Shown here in pieces: positions 9,821-17,526 of a stretch of DNA of 23,723 bases (position 1 is its first letter; each line of letters starts with the position of its first letter). The DNA is from Bacillota bacterium (GTDB lineage Bacteria > Bacillota > Clostridia > CAKSNL01 > HGM11501): positions 1-23,723 of the forward strand of contig JAUZPY010000025.1 in the NCBI GenBank assembly GCA_030705805.1, given 5' to 3'. The notes beneath the pieces are model-generated. The model was not told the DNA's origin. It worked only from the letters and a program-made list of their open reading frames with translations, and did no database searches. The translations under genes and the position numbers were made by a program.

Positions 9821-10309
9821 ATGTATCAAATCGGGGACAAGGTAGTCTATCCGATGCATGGAGCCGGCGTAATTGAAGCCATTGAGGAAAGGGTAGTCCT
9901 TGGTGAAAAACATCAATATTATACAATGCGGATGCCTGTTGGGGATATGAAAGTGATGATACCCTTATCAAATGTAAAAGAAATTGGTTTAAGGGATATC
10001 ATAGATAGTAAAAAAGCTGATGAAGTGTTAGAATATTTATCAGAATACCAATCAGAGGAAAACGCTAACTGGAATAAAAGATATCGTGAAAACATGGTAA
10101 AAATGAAGACCGGAGATATATTTGAAGTCGCTGCTGTTGTAAAAATGCTTATGTGTAGGGATAGAAGTAAAGGATTATCCACAGGGGAGCGAAAAATGCT
10201 ATCAAATGCAAAACATATTCTTATTAGTGAACTCGTATTAGCTAAGGATATGAAGCATGATGAAATCGAAGAAATTGTGACTCAGAAGATTTTTATGAAA
10301 GAAGCTTAA
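9821..10309 (+). CDS. carD: CarD/CdnL-family transcriptional regulator (RNAP-binding)
   Basis: 162 aa. MYQIGDKVVYPMHGAGVIEAIEERVVLGEKHQYYTMRM is the typical CarD_CdnL_TRCF N-terminal domain. AGGAG RBS. Confidence 0.9.
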   Translation: MYQIGDKVVYPMHGAGVIEAIEERVVLGEKHQYYTMRMPVGDMKVMIPLSNVKEIGLRDIIDSKKADEVLEYLSEYQSEENANWNKRYRENMVKMKTGDIFEVAAVVKMLMCRDRSKGLSTGERKMLSNAKHILISELVLAKDMKHDEIEEIVTQKIFMKEA

Positions 10310-10327
10310 ATAATAGGGAATGATTAT

Positions 10328-11029
10328 ATGATTGAGGCACCTTCAAAAGGCGCGGTAATTGTTGCTGCAGGCAGCGGCAAAAGAATGAGTGCAGGTAAAA
10401 ATAAGCTTTTGCTCAATGTTTTGGGCAAAAGTATTTTATCTTATACGGTATCTGCTTTTGATAAGTGCAAAGATATTGATGAAATTATTTTGGTTATAAA
10501 TGAAATAGACAGAGCAGAAATCGAAAGCATAATTAAATCGGAAAAGTTTTCAAAAATAAAAGCGGTAGTAAATGGTGGCAAAACAAGGCAAGAATCGGTT
10601 ATGGCCGGTCTAAAAATGCTAAAAACGGATATAGTTATTATTCATGACGGAGCAAGATGTTTGGTTACTCAGGAAATTATAAAATCTTGTTTAAAGGCTG
10701 CCTGGGAGTATAATTGTGCTGCATGTGGAATTATATCTACAGACACTCTTAAACACGTTGAAAACGGTTATATAACGTCTACAATTGACAGAAATAATAC
10801 ATACCGGATACAGACCCCTCAGGCCTTTAAAAGAGATATAATTATTAATGCACATCAAAAAGCTTTAAGCGAGGGCTTTTCCGGTACTGATGACTGCTCA
10901 CTGGTAGAAAGGCTGGGCATTCCGATAAAGTTTGTGGAAGGTTCGGAAGAAAACATTAAGGTAACCAAGAAAGAAGACTTGCTTTTGGCAGAATATATAT
11001 TATCGGTTAGAGGGAATAAAATACTATGA
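10328..11029 (+). CDS. ispD: 2-C-methyl-D-erythritol 4-phosphate cytidylyltransferase
   Basis: 233 aa. Contains VIVAAGSGKRM, GGKTRQESV and QTPQAF motifs. Its end overlaps ispF by 4 nt. Confidence 0.93.
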   Translation: MIEAPSKGAVIVAAGSGKRMSAGKNKLLLNVLGKSILSYTVSAFDKCKDIDEIILVINEIDRAEIESIIKSEKFSKIKAVVNGGKTRQESVMAGLKMLKTDIVIIHDGARCLVTQEIIKSCLKAAWEYNCAACGIISTDTLKHVENGYITSTIDRNNTYRIQTPQAFKRDIIINAHQKALSEGFSGTDDCSLVERLGIPIKFVEGSEENIKVTKKEDLLLAEYILSVRGNKIL

Positions 11030-11487
11030 GAATCGGTTTTGGTTATGACAGTCATAGACTTGTTAAAGGCAGAAGCTTAATTCTTGGTGGAGTATTGATA
11101 CCATATGAATTAGGCCTTTTAGGGCACAGCGACGCTGATGTGCTTACACACGCTGTCATTGATGCATTATTAGGGGCTCAAGGAGCCGGAGACATTGGCA
11201 ATCTGTTTCCGGATAGTGATCCTAAATATAAAGATATAAGCTCTCTATTGCTTTTAAAAACAGTTATAGAGCAAATGAAGGATTATAAAATAACTAATAT
11301 TGATTGCGTTGTTTTAGCGCAGGAGCCTAAACTTTCACCATATATGAATGCAATTAAATCAAGTCTGTCAGAGTGTATGGGAATAGATTCTTCTCAAATA
11401 AATATCAAAGCAAAAACAGAAGAGGGTCTTGGCGAGGTTGGAAGAAAAGAAATGGTTAAGGCATACGCGGTTGCTTTAATTGAATAA
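11026..11487 (+). CDS. ispF: 2-C-methyl-D-erythritol 2,4-cyclodiphosphate synthase
   Basis: 153 aa. Contains RIGFGYDSHRL and GHSDADVLTHAVIDALLGA motifs. Confidence 0.95.
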   Translation: MRIGFGYDSHRLVKGRSLILGGVLIPYELGLLGHSDADVLTHAVIDALLGAQGAGDIGNLFPDSDPKYKDISSLLLLKTVIEQMKDYKITNIDCVVLAQEPKLSPYMNAIKSSLSECMGIDSSQINIKAKTEEGLGEVGRKEMVKAYAVALIE

Positions 11488-11514
11488 TTTAAGAAACCAC
11501 AGATAGTGATTATT

Positions 11515-11542
11515 AAAAAGGCGGCTTCGGTCGCCTTTTTTT
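11515..11542. terminator. Bidirectional rho-independent terminator after ispF
   Basis: Stem GGCGGC / GTCGCC closed by a TTCG tetraloop (11520-11535), flanked by A5 (11515-11519) and T7 (11536-11542). Confidence 0.88.
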
Positions 11543-11545
11543 GCT

Positions 11546-11598
11546 AGTACAAATATAAATGGTCAGTTATTTTATAACTGACCATTTATATTTGTACT
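11546..11598. repeat. Perfect inverted repeat with 25-bp arms and a 3-nt loop
   Basis: AGTACAAATATAAATGGTCAGTTAT (11546-11570), TTT, ATAACTGACCATTTATATTTGTACT (11574-11598). All 25 positions are complementary, checked base by base. Confidence 0.95.
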
Positions 11599-11745
11599 AT
11601 TCTCCGTCTGAAACGATAAAAAGACTTTCGAGGATTTTTCCCTCCTGCAAGGCGGAGGACGAAGGGCATCTCTGACGCCTGTTAACGACAACGGGGCAGG
11701 GCGGGGGAAAAGCCAAAAAGATTCTTCAGTTTTAGGAGAATGGTA
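11595..11745. ncRNA. Candidate structured RNA or small non-autonomous element; GC-rich, unclassified, strand undetermined
   Basis: No open frame. About 64% G+C over 11641-11715 by hand count, in AT-rich surroundings. An 11-bp closing helix joins 11595-11605 to 11735-11745, a 12-bp helix joins 11632-11644 to 11703-11714, and there are further local and alternative helices. Confidence 0.35.
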
Positions 11746-11804
11746 TTAGCGCTTGTTCAGCCACCTTTTTAGGGCAGCATGACTTTTCAAGCAATTTATG
11801 ATAA

Positions 11805-11951
11805 TTAAGAAGGAGGAATTCTGTCCGATTTTATGTCTGCCCGGCGGTATTTTTCTTCATCCGGCTCCTGTTCTGAAAGAGCTGGATTTCTTTTGGATGG
11901 AGTAGTATAAGGTCTTGAAGATTCGGAGTAGTCTTCTGATTTTTTCTTCAA
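11805..11951 (-). CDS. Possible micro-ORF, 48 aa, highly charged and hydrophilic (MKKKSEDYSESSRPYTTPSKRNPALSEQEPDEEKYRRADIKSDRIPPS)
   Basis: Minus strand has GAGGTG (11963-11958), 6 nt, then a TTG start (11951) and TAA stop (11807-11805). It is below the ORF-track length cut-off. No homology is recognised, so the only support is the RBS plus the open frame. Confidence 0.25.
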   Translation of the reverse strand: MKKKSEDYSESSRPYTTPSKRNPALSEQEPDEEKYRRADIKSDRIPPS

Positions 11952-12175
11952 TGTAATCACCTCTGTTTATATTATAACTCTTTACAAAGAAAGCTATACA
12001 AAAGACAGCCGAATTTATCCGATCTTTTGGGGATTACCTATTACGAAATTTAGAAATTTTTGTTTGCCATCACATTTTAAGACCGGCATTACAAACAAAT
12101 ATAATGCAGAGTGGGCAAAAATTAATAATTGCAAAAAAATATTTGTTTTTACGGTATATATATTTGTTTTAAATA

Positions 12176-12204
12176 TTGAGATTTGCTTGTTTTTATTGTA
12201 AAAT
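12176..12204 (+). promoter_or_regulatory. Possible promoter for the 572-aa gene
   Basis: TTGAGA (12176-12181), 17-nt spacer, TAAAAT (12199-12204). The background is AT-rich, so the call is weak. Confidence 0.3.
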
Positions 12205-12241
12205 ACACACGTAATCAAAAAGCTTTATAGGAGATGATTTA

Positions 12242-13960
12242 ATGAAAGCAATATGTTTTTGCGGAAATGTAATAGTAAAAGAATTTGATACAGATATATC
12301 TACCGTTGAAAATGAAATATCAGTAAAAATAAAAAAGGAACAACTTTCGAAAAAAGGGTATGACGTCATACGTATAAGCGATACTCTTACGAAAGCTAAA
12401 GCCGGCGATGACGGCTATATGTTCTTTCCGACAAACTGCTCCTGCGGTGTGTCACTATGCTATTTTACCCAAAGAGACAATGCCGTATTTACCTCTCTTG
12501 TATCAGCAATGCCTGTGTGTGGTATAGGCGGAAATGAAAATGCTATACTTATTATTGTTAAAGGGATGGCATGTGATGTGCGATTTCGCGTTGAAAATAA
12601 TAATGGTGAGTATAGTATATCTCCTGAGTTTGTGCTTGACGGAGATGAGCCGTACGAGGATATAGAACTGACATATTACAAAATGCCGAATTCTACATAT
12701 TCAGATATGGGACGAATCTATAGAAAGTATCAATTAGAAGAAAAAAACTGTATACCTATCAGGGAAAGAATAAAGACAAATGAATATCTTAAGTATGCAG
12801 CAGAGTCCATGGAAGTGCGTATTCGAATGGGTTGGAAACCCGTGCCTACTCCGGTAATGCATCAGAATCCTGAAAACGAACCCCCGCTTAAAGTAGTATG
12901 CGATTTAGAAAAGCTTAATGCAATTGTAGGCCAAATGCAGGTTCAGGGAATAGAGAAAGCGGAGCTGTGCCTTGTGGGTTGGGGAGAAGGCGGCCATGAC
13001 GGAAGATTTCCGCAGCAAATCCCGTCTGACCCCAGGTACGGCGGAGATGATGAACTTAAAGCTTTTATAAAAAAAGCACAGAAATTAGGCTATAATGTAG
13101 TATGCCATACTAACAGTGTGTGTGCTTATGAGGTAGCGGATAACTGGGATAAAGAAGCACTTACAAAGCAAAAAGATGAGCATGGAAATATAGAGCCTAT
13201 GGTAAGAAAAGGATATGTTAACAGCGGCGGACTTTCAGGGGGTGCTCCTTGGCATATGTGTGCTCGCAGTGCTTATGAAAAATATGCTGTGATTGATTTA
13301 CCTAAAGTAGCCGAATACGGATTTAGGGGACTTCATTTTGTAGATGAGCTTACAGCATGTGAGCCTGTAAAATGTTACGATGAAAACCACCCGGTGACAC
13401 GCAAGGATGCAGTCAAGTACTACCGTAAAATTGCACAGCTTTCAAAGCAACTGTTCGGAGGCTTTCAGTCTGAAGCATGGCTTGACTTTTTAAATGCAGA
13501 TGTTGATTATATAATGTACACGACTTTTAATTCAAAGTTAACACATAAATTAAATCCATTATTTGATGAAGGAATACCTTTCTGGCAAATAGTGTATCAC
13601 GGCATTGTGCTTTCAAATTTCAGCTCTGAAACTGTAAATTATCCCCTTAAGGACAACTATCAGCAACTTAAGTTTTTAGAATACGGCAGCAGACCGCTTA
13701 TGTATTTTTACAGTAAATTCGGGGAAGGTAAAAACTGGATGGGGGATATTGATCTTACATGTGCTTCCGATGAAGAAATAAAAACTTCGGTTGCTGCAAT
13801 GAAAATAGCATATGACGACTATGAAAGGCTTAATTACCTTCAATATGAATTTATGGATAATCATGAGAAGCTCTCTGATAATGTGTATCGTATCACTTAT
13901 TCCGATGGCACAAAAATTACGGTAGACTATAACTGCGGCGAATATAAAATTGAGAAATAG
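12242..13960 (+). CDS. Uncharacterised cytoplasmic protein, 572 aa; possibly a glycoside-hydrolase-like (beta/alpha)8 barrel
   Basis: AGGAG lies 8 nt upstream of the ATG. There is no signal peptide or TM. The N-terminus is Cys-rich (CFCG...CSCG). Motifs LVGWGEGGHDGRFP, LGYNVVCHTN and FRGLHFVDE look like barrel beta-strand ends. The family assignment is my inference only. Confidence 0.75.
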   Translation: MKAICFCGNVIVKEFDTDISTVENEISVKIKKEQLSKKGYDVIRISDTLTKAKAGDDGYMFFPTNCSCGVSLCYFTQRDNAVFTSLVSAMPVCGIGGNENAILIIVKGMACDVRFRVENNNGEYSISPEFVLDGDEPYEDIELTYYKMPNSTYSDMGRIYRKYQLEEKNCIPIRERIKTNEYLKYAAESMEVRIRMGWKPVPTPVMHQNPENEPPLKVVCDLEKLNAIVGQMQVQGIEKAELCLVGWGEGGHDGRFPQQIPSDPRYGGDDELKAFIKKAQKLGYNVVCHTNSVCAYEVADNWDKEALTKQKDEHGNIEPMVRKGYVNSGGLSGGAPWHMCARSAYEKYAVIDLPKVAEYGFRGLHFVDELTACEPVKCYDENHPVTRKDAVKYYRKIAQLSKQLFGGFQSEAWLDFLNADVDYIMYTTFNSKLTHKLNPLFDEGIPFWQIVYHGIVLSNFSSETVNYPLKDNYQQLKFLEYGSRPLMYFYSKFGEGKNWMGDIDLTCASDEEIKTSVAAMKIAYDDYERLNYLQYEFMDNHEKLSDNVYRITYSDGTKITVDYNCGEYKIEK

Positions 13961-13972
13961 AGTTGATGCGCT

Positions 13973-14842
13973 TTGAAATTCAATGAGGTTAACCCTAACG
14001 TACGCAATATAATACATATAGAAAGGCTGATTTATACCCATAACCGTCCGCTTAAGGGCGGTGATAACAGAATATACTTTGTGGTACGCGGCAGTATGCA
14101 GATAAGCACGGGTGGAACGGAATATACATTAAATTCAAGTGATATTCTTTATGTTCCGTCAGCTTTTCAGTATACGCTTAAAGGAGAATCCGATGATTTT
14201 GAGCTTTATATTGTGAACTTTGACTTTAGTCAATATGCTTATGAACATCAGAACTTCTTTTACCCGGCCCGGGCAGAATTTTTTGATGAAGAGTCAGCAA
14301 TATATGACGAGCCGATAGAAGAAATGGACTTTTTTAAGAAACCTTTTTATATGAAGGGTATGTATAACTTAATTGCAGATTTTGCACAACTTTACAAAGT
14401 GTTTGCAGGAAAACAAATTTTGCATAGAGAAAATTCATCTGCTATAATGAAGTCAGTACTCTGCATCATAGCCCAAGGAATGATTACAGGCTGCACTAAT
14501 TCAAATAGGAGGCACATCATTGACAGCATCATCAGTTATATACATAGCCATTACAAGGATAGCAGCCTTAGTAATGACAAAATTTGCGAGTCCTTTCACT
14601 ATCATTCATATTACATTAATTCCCTTATGAAAGTTTATACAGGAAAAACTCTACACAGCTATTTGGATAAAGTCAGGGTAGAAGAAGCTTTAAAGCTTCT
14701 TTCACTTACAGATAAATCAATAAGTGAGATTTCATTTGAAGTGGGGTTCAGTTCCCATGACAGCTTTTGCTATTCCTTTAGGCGGGTAACTAAGACCACA
14801 CCGTCAAAGTACAGAAAATGTATTATTCAGTATGGAAAATAA
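13973..14842 (+). CDS. AraC-family transcriptional regulator (N-terminal cupin-like sensor, C-terminal double HTH)
   Basis: 289 aa. The C-terminus (ICESFHYHSYYINSLMKVYTGKTLHSYLDKVRVEEALKLL...ISEISFEVGFSSHDSFCYSFRRVTKTTPSKYRK) is the typical AraC HTH. It has a TTG start 12 nt after the previous stop, and the exact start is uncertain. Confidence 0.88.
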   Translation: MKFNEVNPNVRNIIHIERLIYTHNRPLKGGDNRIYFVVRGSMQISTGGTEYTLNSSDILYVPSAFQYTLKGESDDFELYIVNFDFSQYAYEHQNFFYPARAEFFDEESAIYDEPIEEMDFFKKPFYMKGMYNLIADFAQLYKVFAGKQILHRENSSAIMKSVLCIIAQGMITGCTNSNRRHIIDSIISYIHSHYKDSSLSNDKICESFHYHSYYINSLMKVYTGKTLHSYLDKVRVEEALKLLSLTDKSISEISFEVGFSSHDSFCYSFRRVTKTTPSKYRKCIIQYGK

Positions 14843-14890
14843 AATTGACGGGAAAAGGTTTTTAAATTTTCCATATAAGGTTATAAATAA

Positions 14891-14927
14891 AAACAGATGC
14901 AAGAAAAACTTTCTTGCATCTGTTTTT
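14891..14927. terminator. Bidirectional terminator between the convergent AraC and SLH genes
   Basis: Stem CAGATGCAAGAAA / TTTCTTGCATCTG (14894-14922), flanked by AAA/AAAAA upstream and TTTTT downstream. Confidence 0.88.
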
Positions 14928-14952
14928 ATAAGTTACTGCTATTTTATCAATT

Positions 14953-17484
14953 TTACTGATTTAAAGTATCAAGTAGGCGACGTATCATTACAAGAGCTTC
15001 AGCCCTTGTAGCTAAACCTTTAGGGCAGATATAATTGCTCTGATTTCCTTTTACTATACCAAGCTTAAAAGCCTTATTAACGCTTTCTAAAGCATAATTT
15101 GAAACATCATTAATGTCAGCAAAGGAAGCACTTAGATTGTTTTCCTGTACTTCAGCTTGATTTTTTACTAAATTATATGTCCTGACCAGCATAACCATAA
15201 TTTGTTCTCTGGTAATAGGATCATTGGGCTTAAAGCTGGTTTCTGTTATACCTTTCGAATACCCCATATCATATACAGTCTGAACGACTCCCGCATACCA
15301 AGACTGGGGAGAAACGTCTGTGAAAATTCCGGCATATTTACCGTTTTCAAGACCCAGTGAGCGTATTAAGAAGGCACAGAATTCAGCACGAGTAATGTTA
15401 TTGTCAGGCTTAAAATTGCTGTCTGAATAACCGCTCACAATTCCTGCGGCTTTCATTAAAGCAATATCATCCTTTGCCCAGTGCTCATTAAGGTCGTTGA
15501 AAATATTTTGAGAACCTGAATAGGATGACAAATTTACTATTTTAGGAGTATTTGCTTTTTCCGTAGTATTGGTATTTTTATCGGAAGTGGTATTGGAGCT
15601 CCCATCAGAAGCTGTATTATCGGATGAAGAACCTTTGTTATCGGGAGTATCCACTTCTACAACTGTAGTCGAGTTCGGACTGTTTACCTTAATTGCCTGA
15701 GAATATACAGTTGTACCGATAATACCTGCCGTGAGGGACATTGGAGTTACTTCAAATTTTAAATATTTGCCTTCCATATATTCCGTAATTTCAATTTCGT
15801 CGACGTTATTATAGCTTAATGCTCTATATTCTCCGTCTACAGTGTCGGAAATCAACCAGTTTGTAACGCTGGCGTTTTCACCGTCAAAGTTGTTTTCAAA
15901 ATTAAAGGTTCCCTTAACTGTACGACCTCTTGCCACAGTACCTTTTATTTTAACATCTGTTACCTTTACCGAGGCCAGTTCAACGCTGATATTATCCATG
16001 TAAATTTCCTGTTCATCAAACCCCTCATCCGTATTAACCGCAATAATAAAACGACCGGTAATGTTTTCCTCGGGGGTAAATACAGCCTTTTTCGTCTGCC
16101 AATCACTGGTAAGATCAAAGTAAGCACACAATACCAAGTTATCAGGATTATTAATATCCTGAATAACAAAAGTAATATGACAAGGAGCATCTGAATATTT
16201 TTGGCGTAAGTCCGCTTTAAAAACATAACTTTGTTCAGCACTGAAAGTGACATATGAATTATTATATAATGCTCCCATTCCGTTATTAGGAATAAATTGT
16301 GCATAAGAATTTTTATTGCTGTTAACTATTGAATATACTCCGGGTGAGCTTGGCGTCCAGGACTCGCTGCTGTATTTGGATTCGAAGTCTCCGTTATCGA
16401 TACCGGCACTTATAAGGCTGATATCAAAGGTTGTATAAATGTATGGGTATTTTGAAGCCTTTACGGTTATGGTATAAATGCCTTCAGGAGCGCCCGGCAA
16501 TATTGTGATTTTATTATTTTCAACACCGATGAACGCTGTTTCGGGTGAAACACTATAAGATAAGTCGGAAGTCATTGCATTTCCTTCCTGGTCCTTAGCA
16601 TAAGCTTCAAAAGGAGCGGAAATTGCATCGGTTTTAGGAACATTAAAAGACAGTGGAGCATCAACATAAATACTGGTAGGCATAGGATGACTTGCAATAA
16701 CAGAAATATTATCTATAAAGACGGGCAACGGGCTTTCATCAGATGAAAAAATAAAAGAGAAATCATAAATTCCATCACCTGGCACCCTGAACGGAACAGA
16801 AACATTATGCCACTTATCATAATTTAGGTCTTTTATTACAATACTTATAGACCCTTCGTTCACGGTATAACTGTTTTCTCCGTTTTTATTGCCTATATAA
16901 CCTTCGGCGCTTTTTATACTTGCATTAAATATGTAAAGCTGGCCGCCTTTAAGATAAACAGGATTGGAAGGACGCAAAGTATATTCGGATTGGAACGGAG
17001 CTTTATAATCAAAATCTACAACGCCATCAACCAAGGACAGTTTTGAGCTTTCAAACAGCTCCCATTCGTTCATTGAAGGCAAATCTTTAAAGTCACCGTT
17101 TAATATTAAATTATCAGAAAGCGTAATTGTATATTTACGTTCATTAATATAGCTGTAAGAATTAGAAGGGCTTAATGTAATTTCAAAGCTTTCTCCGTAG
17201 TTTGCAGAGTCATATACCGTAACTGTATGATCGTTAATATTAACAGTAACACCGTCAGGCACCTTCGTCGTTACATCAAAGTTTACATCTTCTATCGGAA
17301 GTTCGTTCCCATCTTCGTCAAGATAAACTGCTTTATAGCTATATGTTTTATGACCGCTTTCAGGAATAGATAAGGACAAACTGCCATAAAGCGCAAGCCC
17401 GGTGGGTGAGACAGAAGCAAAAGACGGAATTATGCATAAAATAAAAAGAATAATAAATAATGTCGAGAATATTTTAAACTTCAA
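14953..17484 (-). CDS. S-layer-homology (SLH) anchored surface protein with Ig-like and carbohydrate-binding-module-like repeats
   Basis: 843 aa. It has a TTG start with a GGGAGGG RBS and a signal peptide (MKFKIFSTLFIILFILCIIPSFA). Two [Ig-like + NGDF(K/E) beta-sandwich] units are followed by a Ser/Thr/Asn-rich linker. Three C-terminal SLH repeats follow (FNDLNEHWAKDDI..., FTDVSPQSWYAG..., FADINDVSNYALESV...). Confidence 0.9.
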   Translation of the reverse strand: MKFKIFSTLFIILFILCIIPSFASVSPTGLALYGSLSLSIPESGHKTYSYKAVYLDEDGNELPIEDVNFDVTTKVPDGVTVNINDHTVTVYDSANYGESFEITLSPSNSYSYINERKYTITLSDNLILNGDFKDLPSMNEWELFESSKLSLVDGVVDFDYKAPFQSEYTLRPSNPVYLKGGQLYIFNASIKSAEGYIGNKNGENSYTVNEGSISIVIKDLNYDKWHNVSVPFRVPGDGIYDFSFIFSSDESPLPVFIDNISVIASHPMPTSIYVDAPLSFNVPKTDAISAPFEAYAKDQEGNAMTSDLSYSVSPETAFIGVENNKITILPGAPEGIYTITVKASKYPYIYTTFDISLISAGIDNGDFESKYSSESWTPSSPGVYSIVNSNKNSYAQFIPNNGMGALYNNSYVTFSAEQSYVFKADLRQKYSDAPCHITFVIQDINNPDNLVLCAYFDLTSDWQTKKAVFTPEENITGRFIIAVNTDEGFDEQEIYMDNISVELASVKVTDVKIKGTVARGRTVKGTFNFENNFDGENASVTNWLISDTVDGEYRALSYNNVDEIEITEYMEGKYLKFEVTPMSLTAGIIGTTVYSQAIKVNSPNSTTVVEVDTPDNKGSSSDNTASDGSSNTTSDKNTNTTEKANTPKIVNLSSYSGSQNIFNDLNEHWAKDDIALMKAAGIVSGYSDSNFKPDNNITRAEFCAFLIRSLGLENGKYAGIFTDVSPQSWYAGVVQTVYDMGYSKGITETSFKPNDPITREQIMVMLVRTYNLVKNQAEVQENNLSASFADINDVSNYALESVNKAFKLGIVKGNQSNYICPKGLATRAEALVMIRRLLDTLNQ

Positions 17485-17526
17485 TATAATCCCTCCCTAA
17501 ACTTACAATACTATAAGCATTATAAC

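Noticed and set aside
9707-10182. Minus-strand ORFs (66-87 aa) across the carD promoter and 5' coding region
   Set aside because: They overlap a consensus promoter and a well-supported CarD gene on the opposite strand, with no RBS and no recognisable motifs.
11546-11745. Retron-like ncRNA (flanking inverted repeats plus a long perfect hairpin resembling an msd stem)
   Set aside because: There is no reverse transcriptase gene or any YxDD-containing ORF adjacent. The neighbouring ORFs are ispF, a micro-ORF and a glycosidase-like protein.
11811-11860. Strong plus-strand AGGAGG (11811-11816) suggesting a plus-strand small gene
   Set aside because: The nearest ATG (11833) is 16 nt away, which is too far, and opens only a 25-codon frame. 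The motif is better explained as the complement of the Pro-Pro-Ser codons at the end of the minus-strand micro-ORF.
12015-12218. 67-aa minus-strand ORF upstream of the 572-aa gene
   Set aside because: It lies in an extremely AT-rich promoter region, the product is low-complexity (Ile/Phe/Lys/Asn), there is no RBS, and it overlaps the predicted promoter of the plus-strand gene.
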